From Bdellovibrionota bacterium (GTDB lineage: Bacteria > Bdellovibrionota > Bacteriovoracia > Bacteriovoracales > Bacteriovoracaceae): a DNA stretch of 64,000 nucleotides. The position numbers and the translations under genes were made by a program. The notes beneath the pieces were generated by a model that saw only the letters and a list, made by a program, of their open reading frames with translations, was not told the origin of the DNA and did no database searches. The stretch spans positions 14,042-78,041 of the forward strand of contig JAURDE010000001.1 of assembly GCA_030828105.1 (NCBI GenBank), given 5' to 3'. How positions within the stretch are numbered: position 1 is the stretch's first letter; each line of letters opens with the position of its first letter. This document shows positions 18,952-31,400 of the stretch, one piece after another.

Positions 18952-19491
18952 TTACTTACTAAATGGCATCCCAAATTGGGTTAGTAGTTCTCTTGCTTCT
19001 TCATTATTTTTAGCACTGGTTACAATTGTAATCCCAACACCTCTTACCTTATCAATTTTATCGTAATTGATTTCAGGAAAGATGATTTGTTCTTTAATAC
19101 CGAAGGTATAATTTCCTCTTCCATCGAAAGCTTTAGGAGTAATACCTCTAAAGTCTCTAACTCTTGGAAGTGCAAGGCATACAAGTCTTTCAAAAAACTC
19201 ATACATTCTTTGACCTCTAAGTGTTACGGAAGCACCAAGGGCCTGACCTTCTCTTAACTTAAAGCCTGCGATTGACTTTCTCGCTTTGGCCACAACAGGC
19301 TTTTGTCCAGTAATGGCGGTTAGGTCGTTGATCACACTTTCTACAACCTTCGAGTTGGTAACAGCCTCTTTAGTCATACAGTTCACAACAATTTTTTCCA
19401 CCTTGGGAATGTTATGAACATTCTTATAACCAAATTTGGTCTGCATATTCTTTTTTATTTCTTTATTGTATAATTCTTTAAAAGCACTCAT
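18952..19491 (-). CDS. rplE: 50S ribosomal protein L5
   Basis: Motifs [12 protein letters not shown] and [28 protein letters not shown]. Confidence 0.95.
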   Translation of the reverse strand: MSAFKELYNKEIKKNMQTKFGYKNVHNIPKVEKIVVNCMTKEAVTNSKVVESVINDLTAITGQKPVVAKARKSIAGFKLREGQALGASVTLRGQRMYEFFERLVCLALPRVRDFRGITPKAFDGRGNYTFGIKEQIIFPEINYDKIDKVRGVGITIVTSAKNNEEARELLTQFGMPFSK

Positions 19492-19504
19492 TACTAATTC
19501 CTAC

Positions 19505-19822
19505 CTACTTCTTATCCAGAACAGAGCCACAAGAAACGGCAACTCTAACTTTTTTGCCATCTTGAGTTTCGATTCTAACTCTGGTTGCTTTTTTTGTTTT
19601 AGGGCTCATTACGGCCACGTTTGAAATATGAACGGCTTTTTCAACATCAGCAATTCCACCAGCTGGATTTTCCTGAGTTGGCTTTAGGGCCTTTTTCACC
19701 ATATTTACGCCTTCGACAAGAACCTTTTTGTTTTTTAGGTCAAGTTTTTTAACTTTACCTTGTTTACCTCGGTCCTTACCGGTTAATACAACTACTTCAT
19801 CTTCTAATTTTAACTTCTGCAT
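19505..19822 (-). CDS. rplX: 50S ribosomal protein L24
   Basis: KOW motif DEVVVLTGKDRGKQGKV, in the expected spc-operon position. Confidence 0.95.
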   Translation of the reverse strand: MQKLKLEDEVVVLTGKDRGKQGKVKKLDLKNKKVLVEGVNMVKKALKPTQENPAGGIADVEKAVHISNVAVMSPKTKKATRVRIETQDGKKVRVAVSCGSVLDKK

Positions 19823-19832
19823 ATAATGCTCC

Positions 19833-20201
19833 TTAAAGCACTTCCGGAGCCAGTGAACAAATCTTTGTGAAATTTTTGTTTCTTAACTCTCTTGCTACTG
19901 GCCCAAATATTCTAGTTCCGACAGGCTCGTTATTTCCACCGAGAATAACAACACTATTGGAATCAAACTTAATATAAGATCCATCATCCCTTCTGATCGG
20001 GTAAACAGTTCTTACAATAACTGCTTTTTTAACTTCACCCTTTTTGATCTTTCCACCTGGAGAAGCTTGTTGGACGGCCACAACCACAATATCACCCAAC
20101 CTAGCGATCATTCTTTTAGAGCCCCCAAGAACTTTAATGCACTTAACTACTTTAGCTCCTGAGTTATCTGCAACATCTAATTTTGTCTGCATCTGGATCA
20201 T
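19833..20201 (-). CDS. rplN: 50S ribosomal protein L14
   Basis: [18 protein letters not shown]-terminus and [11 protein letters not shown]. Confidence 0.95.
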   Translation of the reverse strand: MIQMQTKLDVADNSGAKVVKCIKVLGGSKRMIARLGDIVVVAVQQASPGGKIKKGEVKKAVIVRTVYPIRRDDGSYIKFDSNSVVILGGNNEPVGTRIFGPVARELRNKNFTKICSLAPEVL

Positions 20202-20221
20202 AATTTAACTCCTATTCAGAT

Positions 20222-20488
20222 CTATAAAGCTGTCTGAATAACTTTAACAAGTTCCCATCTTTTCAGCTTCGAGTAGGGTCTTGATTCAATAATACTAACT
20301 CTATCACCCGCTTTTGCTGAACTTTCAGCATCGTGGGCATGATACTTTTTCGTTTTAGCGATAAATTTGTTGTACACAGGATGTTTGTACTTTCTAACAA
20401 CCTTTACAACAATTGTTTTATCAGTTTTATCGCTAACGACGATTCCTTCTAATTTTCTTTTAAACTTCTTTTTATTTTCTTCTGTCAT
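20222..20488 (-). CDS. rpsQ: 30S ribosomal protein S17
   Basis: Motifs [19 protein letters not shown] and KYHAHD. Confidence 0.95.
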   Translation of the reverse strand: MTEENKKKFKRKLEGIVVSDKTDKTIVVKVVRKYKHPVYNKFIAKTKKYHAHDAESSAKAGDRVSIIESRPYSKLKRWELVKVIQTAL

Positions 20489-20499
20489 AACTATCTCGC

Positions 20500-20700
20500 T
20501 TACGCCTTTTTATTCTTATTTTGATTTTTAGCGGTTAAAAGTTTAGCGATATCTCTTTTGTATTCTTTTAATAGATGAGGCTTATCAGCACCTGAAGTCG
20601 CTTTTTGCATTCTCAACTTAAAAAGATCCTCTTTTACTTGATTCACTTTTCTCTCTAGTGATACTTCATCCATTGTTTTTACTTCTTTAAAATCAATCAT
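20500..20700 (-). CDS. rpmC: 50S ribosomal protein L29
   Basis: 66 aa with [12 protein letters not shown]. It lies between rplP and rpsQ. Confidence 0.9.
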   Translation of the reverse strand: MIDFKEVKTMDEVSLERKVNQVKEDLFKLRMQKATSGADKPHLLKEYKRDIAKLLTAKNQNKNKKA

Positions 20701-20711
20701 AACAACCTCAA

Positions 20712-21128
20712 TTAACCTTCTATCTCTTTCTTTATTATTTTAGTTTTAACAGAAAGCTTGTATTGGGCCAATCTAAGAGCTTCTTGAGCAATTTCGGGAT
20801 CAATTCCCTTAACCTCAAAAATAATCCTACCAGGCTTAATAACAGCTACCCATCTATCAGGTGAACCTTTACCTTTACCCATTCTAACTTCAGCTGGCTT
20901 ACTCGTAAGAGATTTGTCAGGAAAAACACGAATAAATACTTTTCCACCTCTTTTAGCCTTTCTGTTAATAGCAATCCTGGCCGCTTCTATCTGTCTGTTT
21001 GTTATGAACCCACAAGTCGTTGCTTGCAAGCCAAATTCACCAACTGATATAGTATTTCCACGGTAGGCCTTCCCTTTCATTCGGCCTTTTTGTTGCTTTC
21101 TCCACTTTACTTTTTTTGGACTTAACAT
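20712..21128 (-). CDS. rplP: 50S ribosomal protein L16
   Basis: [20 protein letters not shown]-terminus and [21 protein letters not shown]. Confidence 0.95.
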   Translation of the reverse strand: MLSPKKVKWRKQQKGRMKGKAYRGNTISVGEFGLQATTCGFITNRQIEAARIAINRKAKRGGKVFIRVFPDKSLTSKPAEVRMGKGKGSPDRWVAVIKPGRIIFEVKGIDPEIAQEALRLAQYKLSVKTKIIKKEIEG

Positions 21129-21155
21129 TTTTCAAACCTTTATTAATAGAGCTCT

Positions 21156-21782
21156 CTATTTATAGATCTCGCCCTTATAAACCCAAACCTTTACACCGAT
21201 AATTCCGTAGGTTGTTTCCGCTTCAGCTGTATCGTAATCAATATCAGCTCTTAGTGTATGAAGAGGAACTTTCCTTTCCGAATAACCTTCAGTTCTGGCC
21301 ATTTCAGCACCACCTAATCTACCGGCAGTTTTTACTTTGATACCTTTAACACCCGCTCTAAAAGCAGACTGCATAACCTTTTTCATGGCCCTTCTAAAAA
21401 CGACCCTTTTTTCTAGCTGTTGAGCAATATTTTCTGCAATAAGCTTTGCTTCAGCATCTGGTCTTTTTACTTCCATAATATTGAAAATCAGATTTCCTTT
21501 AATCATTTTCGCTAAGTCATTTCTGATTTTTTCGATTCCAGCACCTTTTTTTCCAATCGCAACACCAGGCTTAGCTGTATGAACAGTAACTTTAGTTTGG
21601 TCAGAAGTTCTTGAAATCTCTGTTTTGGCCACAGAAGCATTCTTCATATTTTTCTCAATATATTTTCTTATATTAAGGTCTTCATGGAGTATTTCTGCAT
21701 ATCTATCTTTGCTATACCATGATGAATGCCATGTTTTGATATATCCGAGTCTAAAACCGTATGGATGTACTTTTTGTCCCAT
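21156..21782 (-). CDS. rpsC: 30S ribosomal protein S3
   Basis: MGQKVHPYGFRLG N-terminus and a KH domain. Confidence 0.95.
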   Translation of the reverse strand: MGQKVHPYGFRLGYIKTWHSSWYSKDRYAEILHEDLNIRKYIEKNMKNASVAKTEISRTSDQTKVTVHTAKPGVAIGKKGAGIEKIRNDLAKMIKGNLIFNIMEVKRPDAEAKLIAENIAQQLEKRVVFRRAMKKVMQSAFRAGVKGIKVKTAGRLGGAEMARTEGYSERKVPLHTLRADIDYDTAEAETTYGIIGVKVWVYKGEIYK

Positions 21783-21783
21783 T

Positions 21784-22119
21784 CTATGCTTCCTTAAGTT
21801 CTACTGTTACGTGGCTACTTCTTTTTCTAATTCTAAAGGCGCGACCCTGAGCTCTTGGCTGAATTCTCTTAAGAGTTGGCCCTTCATTAGCAAATGTTTT
21901 CCCAACGATTAAATTCTCGAGGTCATACTTGCCTTCTGAATCAGCAATCGCAAGACCACTGTTTATAAGTTTGGTTAGCATTATCGCTATTTCTCTTTTC
22001 TCGTTATATCTGAGGACTTTGAGTGCTTCAGAAGCTTTTTTATTTCTAACGAGGTCAAGAACTGCCCTAACTTTTCTAGGAGCGATTCCTACATTATTTG
22101 CCTTAACTACAACGGCCAT
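21784..22119 (-). CDS. rplV: 50S ribosomal protein L22
   Basis: Motifs [21 protein letters not shown] and RAQGRAFRIRKRSSHVTV. Confidence 0.95.
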   Translation of the reverse strand: MAVVVKANNVGIAPRKVRAVLDLVRNKKASEALKVLRYNEKREIAIMLTKLINSGLAIADSEGKYDLENLIVGKTFANEGPTLKRIQPRAQGRAFRIRKRSSHVTVELKEA

Positions 22120-22130
22120 CTCATTACTCC

Positions 22131-22412
22131 TTATTTCTTACCTTTTTTATCACCAGCATGGCCTTGAAATGTTCTTGTCAGAGAAAACTCTCCAAGCTTC
22201 ATTCCAATCATGTTGTCCGTTACGTAAACTGGAATAAACTTTTTACCATTATGAACGGCAAAAGTTAGTCCAATAAACTCAGGTACAATGGTCGATCTTC
22301 TTGACCATGTTTTAATTACTTTATTTCCTTTGTTTCCTTCTTCTTGAAGGGCCACGGCCTTTCTTAAAAGGTGTAGGTCAACAAAGGGTCCTTTTTTTAA
22401 TGATCTAGCCAT
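22131..22412 (-). CDS. rpsS: 30S ribosomal protein S19
   Basis: [13 protein letters not shown]-terminus and [12 protein letters not shown]. Confidence 0.95.
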   Translation of the reverse strand: MARSLKKGPFVDLHLLRKAVALQEEGNKGNKVIKTWSRRSTIVPEFIGLTFAVHNGKKFIPVYVTDNMIGMKLGEFSLTRTFQGHAGDKKGKK

Positions 22413-22426
22413 ACTTATTTCTCCGA

Positions 22427-23257
22427 CTATTTCTTAGTTCTTCTCTTAACGATGAACTTATCTGTTCTTTTATTTTTTCTAGTTTTATAACCCTTAGTTG
22501 GTTGTCCCCATGGAGTTACTGGGTGTCTACCACCAGAAGTACGTCCTTCACCACCACCATGTGGATGGTCTACTGGGTTCATAGCAACACCTCTAACCTT
22601 AGGTCTTTTACCTCTATGTCTATTCTTACCGGCTTTACCAATAACAATTTGCTCATGTTCAATATTACCAACCTGACCAATTGTGGCCCTGCAGTTCTTT
22701 TGAACTTTTCTTAGTTCACCTGATGGTAGTCTAAGAAGAACCATCTCACCTTCTTTGGCCATAACTTGTACATAAGCTCCGGCTGTTCTAGCCATTTGTC
22801 CGCCCGCTCCTGGGTAGAGCTCAACATTGTGAACAAGTGTACCTACTGGAATATGAGTTAACAGCTTTGAGTTTCCAACTTTAATATCAGCCTCTGCAGA
22901 AGCTACAACTGTATCACCCACCTTTAGACCTTGTGGAGCAAGAATATAATTCTTGAAACCATCTGCGTAGCTCAATTGAGCTATATGACAAGTTCTGTTT
23001 GGATCATAAAGTATGGCCTCAACTTTAGCAGGGATATCAACTTTATTTCTCTTGAAATCAATAACCCTATACTTTTGTTTAACACCACCACTTCTTCTTC
23101 TTGTTGTGATTCGCCCGTCGTTATTTCTCCCTGCAGTTGCATTTTTAGGAGCAATAAACTTCTTAAGGGGTTTTACTCCTTTAGAAAGGCCTTCACTTGT
23201 TTGGACGGCCATCTCTCTAATTGCTGCAGAAGTTGGTTTAAATTTTCTAATAGCCAT
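22427..23257 (-). CDS. rplB: 50S ribosomal protein L2
   Basis: [11 protein letters not shown]-terminus and [17 protein letters not shown]. Confidence 0.95.
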   Translation of the reverse strand: MAIRKFKPTSAAIREMAVQTSEGLSKGVKPLKKFIAPKNATAGRNNDGRITTRRRSGGVKQKYRVIDFKRNKVDIPAKVEAILYDPNRTCHIAQLSYADGFKNYILAPQGLKVGDTVVASAEADIKVGNSKLLTHIPVGTLVHNVELYPGAGGQMARTAGAYVQVMAKEGEMVLLRLPSGELRKVQKNCRATIGQVGNIEHEQIVIGKAGKNRHRGKRPKVRGVAMNPVDHPHGGGEGRTSGGRHPVTPWGQPTKGYKTRKNKRTDKFIVKRRTKK

Positions 23258-23274
23258 ATTCGCCTCAGTTTATT

Positions 23275-23565
23275 TTAGATATCTTTAAAAAATTCAATCT
23301 TTTGTCCTTCACCAAGCTGAACAAAAGCTTTTTTAGTCTTCGAACTCTTTTTTACATTCATCCCAAATCTTTTCATTTTTCCTGGGTTAATTTGAGTTTT
23401 CACATCAAGAACTTTTACATCGTAAAACTTCTCAACAGCTCTTTTAATTTGATGCTTGTTTGCTTTAAGGGCAACTTGAAAACCATATCTATTTGTTTTC
23501 TCTGTTATTAAAGCTGATTTTTCTGTTATTAAAGGTTTAATAAGTACTTGTTCTATATTTGCCAT
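23275..23565 (-). CDS. rplW: 50S ribosomal protein L23
   Basis: Motifs LIKPLITEKS and FQVALKANKHQIKRAVEKFY. Confidence 0.95.
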   Translation of the reverse strand: MANIEQVLIKPLITEKSALITEKTNRYGFQVALKANKHQIKRAVEKFYDVKVLDVKTQINPGKMKRFGMNVKKSSKTKKAFVQLGEGQKIEFFKDI

Positions 23566-23566
23566 A

Positions 23567-24184
23567 TTAACCTAGCCTTCCTAGAAGCTTTTCTAGAGCT
23601 TGTTGTTCGATAATAAGATTTTCGTATTTAAGAGCATCGTAAATATTAAAGCCATCAACACCAACGCCATTTGCGTATTGTAGGTTTCTTACGGCCTTTA
23701 GTGCATTTGAATTACTGTCATTAGTAACAACTAAACATGGAAGAAGACCTTTACCGCTAAGTAGAGTGTTCATTTCTTTTGTTTTTCCGTTACTTTCTAA
23801 GTTATCCAAGACAGTGAGCTTTCCTGAGTTTAGCTTATCAGCTAGAACTGACTGGAGAGCTTTAGTCATCATCTTTTTATTTACTTTTTGAGTATAGTCT
23901 CTTGGAGTTGGTCCAAAAGCCGTACCACCGCCGACCATAAGAGGCGAACGAGATGAACCTTGTCTGGCACGACCGGTTCCCTTTTGCTTAAATGGCTTAA
24001 TACCACCACCAGAAACTTTAGCTTTGTTCTTGGTCATGGCAGTTCCCTGTCTTTTCTTGGCCAACAAAGCTTTTACAACTTGGTGGACAACAGGAACTTT
24101 AATATCTTCCTCAGTAAGGCTCACATTAGTATTGAGCTTAGAGGCTGCTTCAAATTTGGAGTTTAATACATTTATTTCGGCCAT
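23567..24184 (-). CDS. rplD: 50S ribosomal protein L4
   Basis: Motif KPFKQKGTGRARQGSSRSPLMVGGG. Confidence 0.95.
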   Translation of the reverse strand: MAEINVLNSKFEAASKLNTNVSLTEEDIKVPVVHQVVKALLAKKRQGTAMTKNKAKVSGGGIKPFKQKGTGRARQGSSRSPLMVGGGTAFGPTPRDYTQKVNKKMMTKALQSVLADKLNSGKLTVLDNLESNGKTKEMNTLLSGKGLLPCLVVTNDSNSNALKAVRNLQYANGVGVDGFNIYDALKYENLIIEQQALEKLLGRLG

Positions 24185-24195
24185 GGATGCTTCCC

Positions 24196-24855
24196 CTATT
24201 TCTTCACTGCTTTGCTAATTTTCACAAAGCTATTTTTGGCCCCAGGAACAGATCCCTTGAGTAGCATATAGCCTTTATCAAGGTTTACTTCCTGGATCTT
24301 TATATTTTGAACTGTTTGAGTTTTATCACCAAGGTGACCTGGCATTTTTTTACCTTTAAAAACTCTACCTGGAGTCGCTCTATTACCTATAGACCCTGGT
24401 CCTCTATGGAAGTGAGAACCGTGTGTTGCAGGTCCACCAGCAAAGCTAAACTTCTTCATAACACCTTGAAAACCCTTACCTTTTGTCACACCTGTTACAT
24501 CGGCGTAAGAGTTTGCTGCAAACTCTCCTAGGCTAATTTCTTTTCCTAGGTTTTCTTCATTGATGTCAGAAGTTTTGATTTCAGCAAAACGATTAAAGAA
24601 AGCTTTTACGCCTGCTTTTTTCAAATGACCTTGTTTAGGGTTGTTAATAAGCTTTTCTCTCTTTTGTTGATAAGCAATTTGATAGGCATTGTAGCCATCT
24701 TTAGCAGCTGTTTTAACTTGAGAGACAACATTAGGAATAAGTTTAATTACGGTTACAGGTACGTGATTTCCGTTTTCGTCAAAGACTCTGGTCATACCAG
24801 CTTTGACCCCGTAGAAAGATGTTAGGTCAACACCTGTAGCTTTTTCTTCAGCCAT
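24196..24855 (-). CDS. rplC: 50S ribosomal protein L3
   Basis: Motifs GVKAGMTRVF and GKGFQGVMKKF. ATG 24855 is preceded by GGAGG (24865-24861) with a 5-nt spacer. The track start GTG 24867 itself lies within that SD. Confidence 0.9.
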   Translation of the reverse strand: MAEEKATGVDLTSFYGVKAGMTRVFDENGNHVPVTVIKLIPNVVSQVKTAAKDGYNAYQIAYQQKREKLINNPKQGHLKKAGVKAFFNRFAEIKTSDINEENLGKEISLGEFAANSYADVTGVTKGKGFQGVMKKFSFAGGPATHGSHFHRGPGSIGNRATPGRVFKGKKMPGHLGDKTQTVQNIKIQEVNLDKGYMLLKGSVPGAKNSFVKISKAVKK

Positions 24856-24938
24856 TTTTTCCTCCACAGCATCACCCTATTCTCAGGGATGCATGCATGG
24901 TTTATAATTAAGCTCTATTGCTAGAAGCCAACTAAATA

Positions 24939-25247
24939 CTAATATTTAATTTCTACGTCAACACCTGAGGATAGGTCTAACTTCATTAGGCTATCAACGG
25001 TTTGTTGCGTAGGGTCGAGTATGTCGACCAATCTTTTATGAGTTCTCATCTCAAACTGCTCTCTAGACTTCTTATCGATGTGCGGAGATCTTAGAACAGT
25101 AAATTTATTTATCTCTGTTGGCAAAGGGATAGGTCCAGCTATTCTGGCGCCTGTTTCTTTTGCTGTTTGAACGATTTCGTTCACCGATTTATCAAGTACG
25201 GTGTGATCGTATGCTCTCAACTTTATTCTTAGTCTTGTCGTTTTCAT
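24939..25247 (-). CDS. rpsJ: 30S ribosomal protein S10
   Basis: Motifs [13 protein letters not shown] and [14 protein letters not shown]. It is the first gene of the S10 operon. Confidence 0.95.
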   Translation of the reverse strand: MKTTRLRIKLRAYDHTVLDKSVNEIVQTAKETGARIAGPIPLPTEINKFTVLRSPHIDKKSREQFEMRTHKRLVDILDPTQQTVDSLMKLDLSSGVDVEIKY

Positions 25248-25276
25248 TTAACCCTCTGAACCACAAATGAGACATG

Positions 25277-25306
25277 GTTGTAATTGCTAAGGAGGCCCTT
25301 TGTCAA
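25277..25306 (-). promoter_or_regulatory. possible sigma-70 promoter of the S10 operon
   Basis: On the minus strand, a perfect -35 TTGACA (25306-25301) is followed by an 18-nt spacer and TACAAC (25282-25277). The -10 is weak, so this is tentative. Confidence 0.3.
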
Positions 25307-25340
25307 GCACGTCCCGTATTTATTTTTAAAATATTTTCAT

Positions 25341-27425
25341 TTAGATGAAAATTCCTCTTTTTTCTAGGATTGCTTTGGCCAAATCCTGGTTTAAGGCCTC
25401 ATACCTTAGGAATTTCATTGTAAAATTTGCACGCCCCTGGGAACGTGACCTAAGATCTGTACTGTATCCAAAGAGCTCTAATAGAGGTGCTTCTGCCTTT
25501 ATAATTTCCTTATTTTGCTTTGAGTTTATTGAAATAACTCGTCCTCTTTTAGAGTTTAGGTCGGAGATTACTTCTCCTGTATATTCTAGTGGTGTAATCA
25601 CTTCGAGGTCCATAAGCGGCTCTAAAAGCTTTAACCCTGCGATTTTGCATGCTTCTTTGAAGGCCATGGATGCGGCCATAGTATAGGCGACTTCTGATGC
25701 CGTCTCTTCGTCGTACTCTGCTTCTATAAGCTCTACAGAGATATTAATAAGTGGATATCCTGCCATTGCCCCGCCGGGAGCTGTATCTAGGACACCTCTT
25801 TTGACGGCCTCAATAAGTTCGGTAGGAAGGTCCCTTTTGGTTAAGCTTGTTTTAAACTCAACTCCTGATTCAAAGTCAGCGGGGTTTAGTTTGAGGACAA
25901 CAGCACCTTGATTTATTTTGCCACCAAGTTCTTTGTTAAACTCTCCTCTTGCGGTGGCAACATCTTTAATGCTTTCTCTAAAGGAAACTTGGGGTTTCCC
26001 TTTTCTTATTCCAACTTTGAATTCTCTTTCTAGTCTGTCACATATAATTTCTAGGTGTAGTTCACCCATACCAAAAATAAGAAGTTGCCCTGTCTCTTTA
26101 TTGGTTTTGTAATTAAAGGAAGGGTCTTCTATTTCTAGTTGTGCCAAAGTGGACATAAGTTTTTTTTCATCTGCAGCTGTTTTTGGTTCAATGGCAATAG
26201 AAATAACGGTCTCTGGGAACTCCATTAGATCAAAAAGAATTGATTTATGTTCAATACAAAGTGTTTCGCCAGTGACTGTAAATTTTGGACCTGAAAGAGC
26301 AACGATATCTCCAGCGTGAGCTATATCTATTTCCTCTCTCTTATTAGCATGCATTCTTAATATTTTTTGTATTCTTTCTTTTTTCTTTTTATGAGGATTA
26401 TAGACTTGTTGTCCTTGATTCAACTGTCCTGAATATACTCTAAAAAATGTTAGTGTTCCTACAAAGGGATCTGATGTTATCTTAAATGCCAATCCACTAA
26501 AGGCTTCGTTTTCATTTGGTTCACGAAGCATTTCTTTATCATAGTCTTTAGGGTTATGACCTTTAATGGCCCCTCGATCTACAGGGGAAGGCAGATAATC
26601 AATAACAGCATCCAACAGGGGTTGGACGCCTTTATTTTTAAAAGCACTTCCACAAAGAACTGGAATAAAGTCTTTTTCGATGGTGGCGCTTCTCAATACA
26701 CTTTTTATTTTTTCAACGGAGATTTCTTCTCCATTAAGAAATGTCTCGGCCATATCATCATCGTAATCGCAGAGGTTTTCGATTAGTTCTTCTCTTCTTA
26801 TTTCTACTTCATCACTTAGATCTTCTGGAATATCTTTGGTTTCTACAGTTGCGCCTAGGTCGGTTTCAGAAAAGTAAAAGGCTTTTCTTTCAATAAGGTC
26901 GATCATCCCTTCAAAATTATCTTCACTTCCGATTGGAATTTGAATCGCACAGCACTTTTTACCAAGCTTAGTTTTAATCTCTTCTATACAGTTTTCAAAA
27001 TCGGCCCCAACTCTATCCATTTTATTAACAAAAGCGAGTCTTGGTACCTTATACTTATTGGCCTGGGCCCATACGGTTTCTGATTGAGGTTCAACTCCAC
27101 CGACGGCATCAAATAACCCTATCGCACCATCAAGAACTCGAAGAGACCTTTCCACCTCAATGGTAAAGTCCACGTGACCAGGAGTATCGATAATATTAAT
27201 TTCGTAGTTATTCCAAAAGCAGGTTGTTGCGGCGGAAGTGATGGTGATGCCTCGTTCTTGTTCTTGGACCATCCAGTCCATAGTTGCAGCACCATCGTGA
27301 ACTTCACCTATTTTATGACTTTTACCTGTATAGTAGAGAACTCTTTCTGTCGTTGTAGTCTTACCGGCATCAATATGTGCCATGATGCCGATATTTCTAA
27401 TCTTTTCTATTCGATTATCCATCAT
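25341..27425 (-). CDS. fusA: elongation factor G
   Basis: G motifs [17 protein letters not shown] and NKMD; 694 aa. It follows rpsG, as in the str operon. Confidence 0.95.
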   Translation of the reverse strand: MMDNRIEKIRNIGIMAHIDAGKTTTTERVLYYTGKSHKIGEVHDGAATMDWMVQEQERGITITSAATTCFWNNYEINIIDTPGHVDFTIEVERSLRVLDGAIGLFDAVGGVEPQSETVWAQANKYKVPRLAFVNKMDRVGADFENCIEEIKTKLGKKCCAIQIPIGSEDNFEGMIDLIERKAFYFSETDLGATVETKDIPEDLSDEVEIRREELIENLCDYDDDMAETFLNGEEISVEKIKSVLRSATIEKDFIPVLCGSAFKNKGVQPLLDAVIDYLPSPVDRGAIKGHNPKDYDKEMLREPNENEAFSGLAFKITSDPFVGTLTFFRVYSGQLNQGQQVYNPHKKKKERIQKILRMHANKREEIDIAHAGDIVALSGPKFTVTGETLCIEHKSILFDLMEFPETVISIAIEPKTAADEKKLMSTLAQLEIEDPSFNYKTNKETGQLLIFGMGELHLEIICDRLEREFKVGIRKGKPQVSFRESIKDVATARGEFNKELGGKINQGAVVLKLNPADFESGVEFKTSLTKRDLPTELIEAVKRGVLDTAPGGAMAGYPLINISVELIEAEYDEETASEVAYTMAASMAFKEACKIAGLKLLEPLMDLEVITPLEYTGEVISDLNSKRGRVISINSKQNKEIIKAEAPLLELFGYSTDLRSRSQGRANFTMKFLRYEALNQDLAKAILEKRGIFI

Positions 27426-27448
27426 TAGATTCGAAGATAAAGCTTAAA

Positions 27449-27919
27449 CTACCACTTAAGGTGGGCAAATGCTTTGTTGGCTTCGGCCATTCTGTAAACG
27501 TCTTCTTTCTTCTTAACGGCCCCACCTCTATTTTGGTAAGCATCAAAAAGCTCTTCAGAAAGTTTACCCATCATTGTTTTACCACCTCTTTCGCGTGCGT
27601 AATCTCTAATCCATCTAATGGCCAGTGACTGTCTTCTCGTAGGTCTAACTTCAACTGGGATTTGGTATGTGGCCCCACCAATTCTTCTAGATTTAACTTC
27701 AACAGCTGGCTTAACATTTGAAATGGCCTTCTTAAAAATTTTAAGTGGCTCTTCACCTGTTTTCTTTTCTAGCTCTTCAAGGGCGCCATAGAAAATCTTT
27801 TCTGCTGTAGACTTTTTTCCACCAAACATAAGTGAGTTGATGAACTTTGTTACAACAATATCTTGGTAACGTGGATCTGGTAAAACTTCTCTTGGTTGTG
27901 CTCTGTTTTTTCTACTCAT
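27449..27919 (-). CDS. rpsG: 30S ribosomal protein S7
   Basis: [19 protein letters not shown]-terminus and an AFAHLKW C-terminus. Confidence 0.95.
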   Translation of the reverse strand: MSRKNRAQPREVLPDPRYQDIVVTKFINSLMFGGKKSTAEKIFYGALEELEKKTGEEPLKIFKKAISNVKPAVEVKSRRIGGATYQIPVEVRPTRRQSLAIRWIRDYARERGGKTMMGKLSEELFDAYQNRGGAVKKKEDVYRMAEANKAFAHLKW

Positions 27920-27951
27920 GATAAACCTCTCTTCAATTCAATGAATTTACT

Positions 27952-27982
27952 CTCCTATGGCCATGAGTTTAAGTCATAGGAG
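27952..27982 (-). promoter_or_regulatory. intercistronic stem-loop between rpsL and rpsG (candidate S7 translational operator)
   Basis: CTCCTATG (27952-27959) and CATAGGAG (27975-27982) form an 8-bp stem with a 15-nt loop. It sits in the 81-nt rpsL-rpsG spacer, about 25 nt upstream of the rpsG SD. Confidence 0.35.
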
Positions 27983-28000
27983 TGGATTGATATTAGATTC

Positions 28001-28375
28001 TTATTTCTTTGGTTTTTTAGTACCGTATTTTGAACGGGCCTGGTTTCTCTTATCAACACCAGTGGCATCTAGGGCCCCTCTAATGGTGTGATATCTAACA
28101 CCTGGAAGATCTTTAACCCTTCCACCTCTTATAAGAACGATACTGTGTTCTTGAAGATTGTGTCCTTCTCCACCTATGTAAGAAGTTACTTCAAATCCAC
28201 TTGTTAATTTAACCCTACAAACCTTTCTCATCGCCGAGTTTGGTTTCTTTGGAGTTGTTGTATAAACTCTTGTACAAACACCTCTTCTTTGAGGACAAGC
28301 CTTCAAAGCTGGTGATTTGGTTTTAATTACTTTATCAACTCTACCTTTTCTAATTAGTTGGTTAATTGTAGGCAT
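28001..28375 (-). CDS. rpsL: 30S ribosomal protein S12
   Basis: [13 protein letters not shown]-terminus and [14 protein letters not shown]. Confidence 0.95.
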   Translation of the reverse strand: MPTINQLIRKGRVDKVIKTKSPALKACPQRRGVCTRVYTTTPKKPNSAMRKVCRVKLTSGFEVTSYIGGEGHNLQEHSIVLIRGGRVKDLPGVRYHTIRGALDATGVDKRNQARSKYGTKKPKK

Positions 28376-28446
28376 TGCCTTTTGCTCCTTAAATTTTAAA
28401 ATCTTGCCCTAACTATCATGACACAAAGGACAAAATCAAGTCTTTT

Positions 28447-31400
28447 TTATATAGTTAGTGTTACTTCCTCTTTCTTTTCAACAACAGTTTCCTGCTCCTC
28501 AGTAATTACAGCTTCATAATTCCAGTACCTTGAGATACCAGTACCTGCAGGGCTAAGTCGTCCCATTATGACGTTTTCCTTAAGCCCTCTAAGTTCATCA
28601 AACTTTCCTTCCAGTGTCGCTTGAGTAAGAACCTTTGTTGTTTCTTGGAAAGAGGCAGCTGAGATAAAGGAGTCTGTTGATAATGAAGCTTTTGTAATAC
28701 CTTGTAGAAGTGGCATAGCTTGCGCTGGAGTCTCTCCTTCTTCAAGAGCAGCATTAGCATCACCAAGTTCAACTTTTGAAATGAAGTCACCAGCAATAAG
28801 GTTTGTATCACCGGCATCCATAATTTGAACTTTCTTAAGCATCTGAGAAACAATCACTTCAATGTGTTTATCATCGATTTTAACACCTTGTAGTCGATAA
28901 ACTTCTTGAATCTCATCTACTATGTACTTCGCTAGGGTTTTAACTCCCATAACTCTAAGGATATCATGTGGGTTAGATGGGCCATCCATAATAGGATCTC
29001 CAGCTCTCACGTAGTCACCTTCATTAACGATTACATAACGACCTTTTGGTACAGTATAAGTTACTGGTTCAGTTCCATCATCAGGTCTAACAATGATTCT
29101 TCTGTTTCCTCTAAGTTCAGGACCAAACTCGATTGTTCCTGAGACATCAGAGATTTGGGCAGCATTACCAGGCTTTCTTGCTTCAAAAAGTTCTGCAACT
29201 CTTGGAAGACCCCCTGTAATATCTTTTGTCTTTGTTGTTTCTCTTTGAGCTTTAGAAATGGCTTGACCAGCTTCAAGGCTCTGACCTTCTTGAACAACAA
29301 TGTTGGCACCAACAGGAAGTCTGTATACAGCACTTCTTTTTGTTCCTGGAACAGTAAGAGGAGCTCCACTTTCATCTACGATAGTAATTCGTGGTTGAAG
29401 TGAAGGATCTTTTGATTCAATAACAACTTTATGAGTTAGTCCTGTAACAGCATCAACTTGCTCAGAAATTGTCTGTCCTACAATGAGGTCTTCAAACTTC
29501 ACAAGACCATTGACCTCGTTAAGTAGTGGAATTGCAAATGGATCCCACTCAAGAATCGTATCACCTGGTTCTACGGTATCACCTTCGAGTTTAACAAGTC
29601 TGGCACCATAGTTTGCAGGGTATTTTTCTTTCTCGGCCCCTTGATTATTTTTAACAATAATTTCACCGGCCTTACTCATAACAACTCGAGTTCCATCTTT
29701 AAGGGTAGCTATATTAACTTTTCTAAACTCAAGAACACCTGCTGTTTTTACTTCTGTTTTATTAACTTGAGCACCAGCAGTTGCAGTACCTCCGACGTGG
29801 AAGGTTCTCATGGTTAGCTGTGTACCTGGCTCACCAATTGATTGGGCAGCAATAACACCAACGGCTTCACCAACTCTAACCATCCGACCTCTGGCCAGGT
29901 CTCTACCAAAACAAGAAGCACAGAAGCCATGTCTTTCTTTACAAGTTAGAACACTTCTTACTTTAATCTGGTCAATAGAGAATTCTTTTAATTTAGGAAT
30001 ATCCTCATCTGTAAGAAGGTGATTTTTAGGAAGAACTTCTTGACCATTCATCCCAACAATAGGTGCAGCCGTTACTCTTCCCATTGCTCTTTCAAAAACA
30101 TGCTCAACAACTTCACCAGCATCAATTCTTGATTCAAGAACGATACCGTCACTTGCACCACAATCTTCTGACCTTATAATCCCATCCTGAGCAACATCAA
30201 CTAGTCTTCTTGTTAAGTAACCAGAGTTGGCCGTCTTAAGGGCGGTATCGGCAAGACCTTTTCTTGCACCGTGGGTTGAAGCAAAGTATTGAAGAACCGA
30301 TAGTCCTTCTCTAAAGTTTGATGTAATTGGAGTCTCAATGATTTCACCACTTGGTTTGGCCATGAGTCCCCTCATACCAGCAAGCTGTCTCATCTGAGCT
30401 GTTGAACCCCTCGCTCCGGAGTCGGCCATCATAAAGATAGCATTAAAAGATGGAGCTTTTAGGGTATCGCCTTTTTCATTAGAAAAGGTATCTTCAGAAA
30501 GACCGTTAAGCATAACTTTTGTCAATGATTCGTTTGTTTGTGCCCAAACATCAACTATTTTATTATAACGTTCTCCGTTTGTAATAGAACCTTCGTTATA
30601 TTCTTCTGTGATCTGATCAACTTCTGAATATGCGGTGGCAAGAATCCCCTCTTTTTCATTAGGGATAGTCATATCATGGATATTGATTGAAATACCCGCT
30701 TTAGTAGCATTTTGATAACCTAGTCTCATGAGGGCATCGGCAAGAAGAACAGTATCTTTCTCTGTTCCCACTCTATAGGCCTTATCAATAAGTTTACCAA
30801 GAGTCTTTTTGTCTAAAATCTTATTGATGTCATCAAAGTGAAGACATTTAGGGATAACATCGTAAACAAAAGTTCTACCAACTGTCGTCTCTATCATTTT
30901 ACCATCAAGTCTTACTTTAATAGGAGCTTGAAGGTGTAAGTTACCTGTGTGGTAAGCAAACTGAGCCTCTTCTCTAGAAGAGAAAACTTTATTATATCCA
31001 CGCGCAAAAGGTCTTGGTCTTGTCATATAATAAAGGCCAAGAACAATATCTTGTGTTGGTACAATAATAGGAGTTCCATCTTTTGGTGAAAGAATATTAT
31101 TTGTACTCATAGCAAGAACACGACACTCTACTTGGGCCTCAATAGAAAGAGGAACGTGAACGGCCATTTGGTCACCATCAAAGTCAGCATTAAATGCCGT
31201 ACAAACGAGTGGGTGCAATTGAATTGCTTTACCTTCAATAAGAACGGGTTCAAAACCTTGAATACCTAATCTGTGAAGAGTTGGTGCACGGTTAAGAAGT
31301 ACTGGGTGTTCTTGAACGACTTCTTCAAGGATGTCCCAAACCTCTTGTTTCTGTTGATCAACCATTCTTTTGGCCACTTTAATCGTTGTACAGTGACCTT

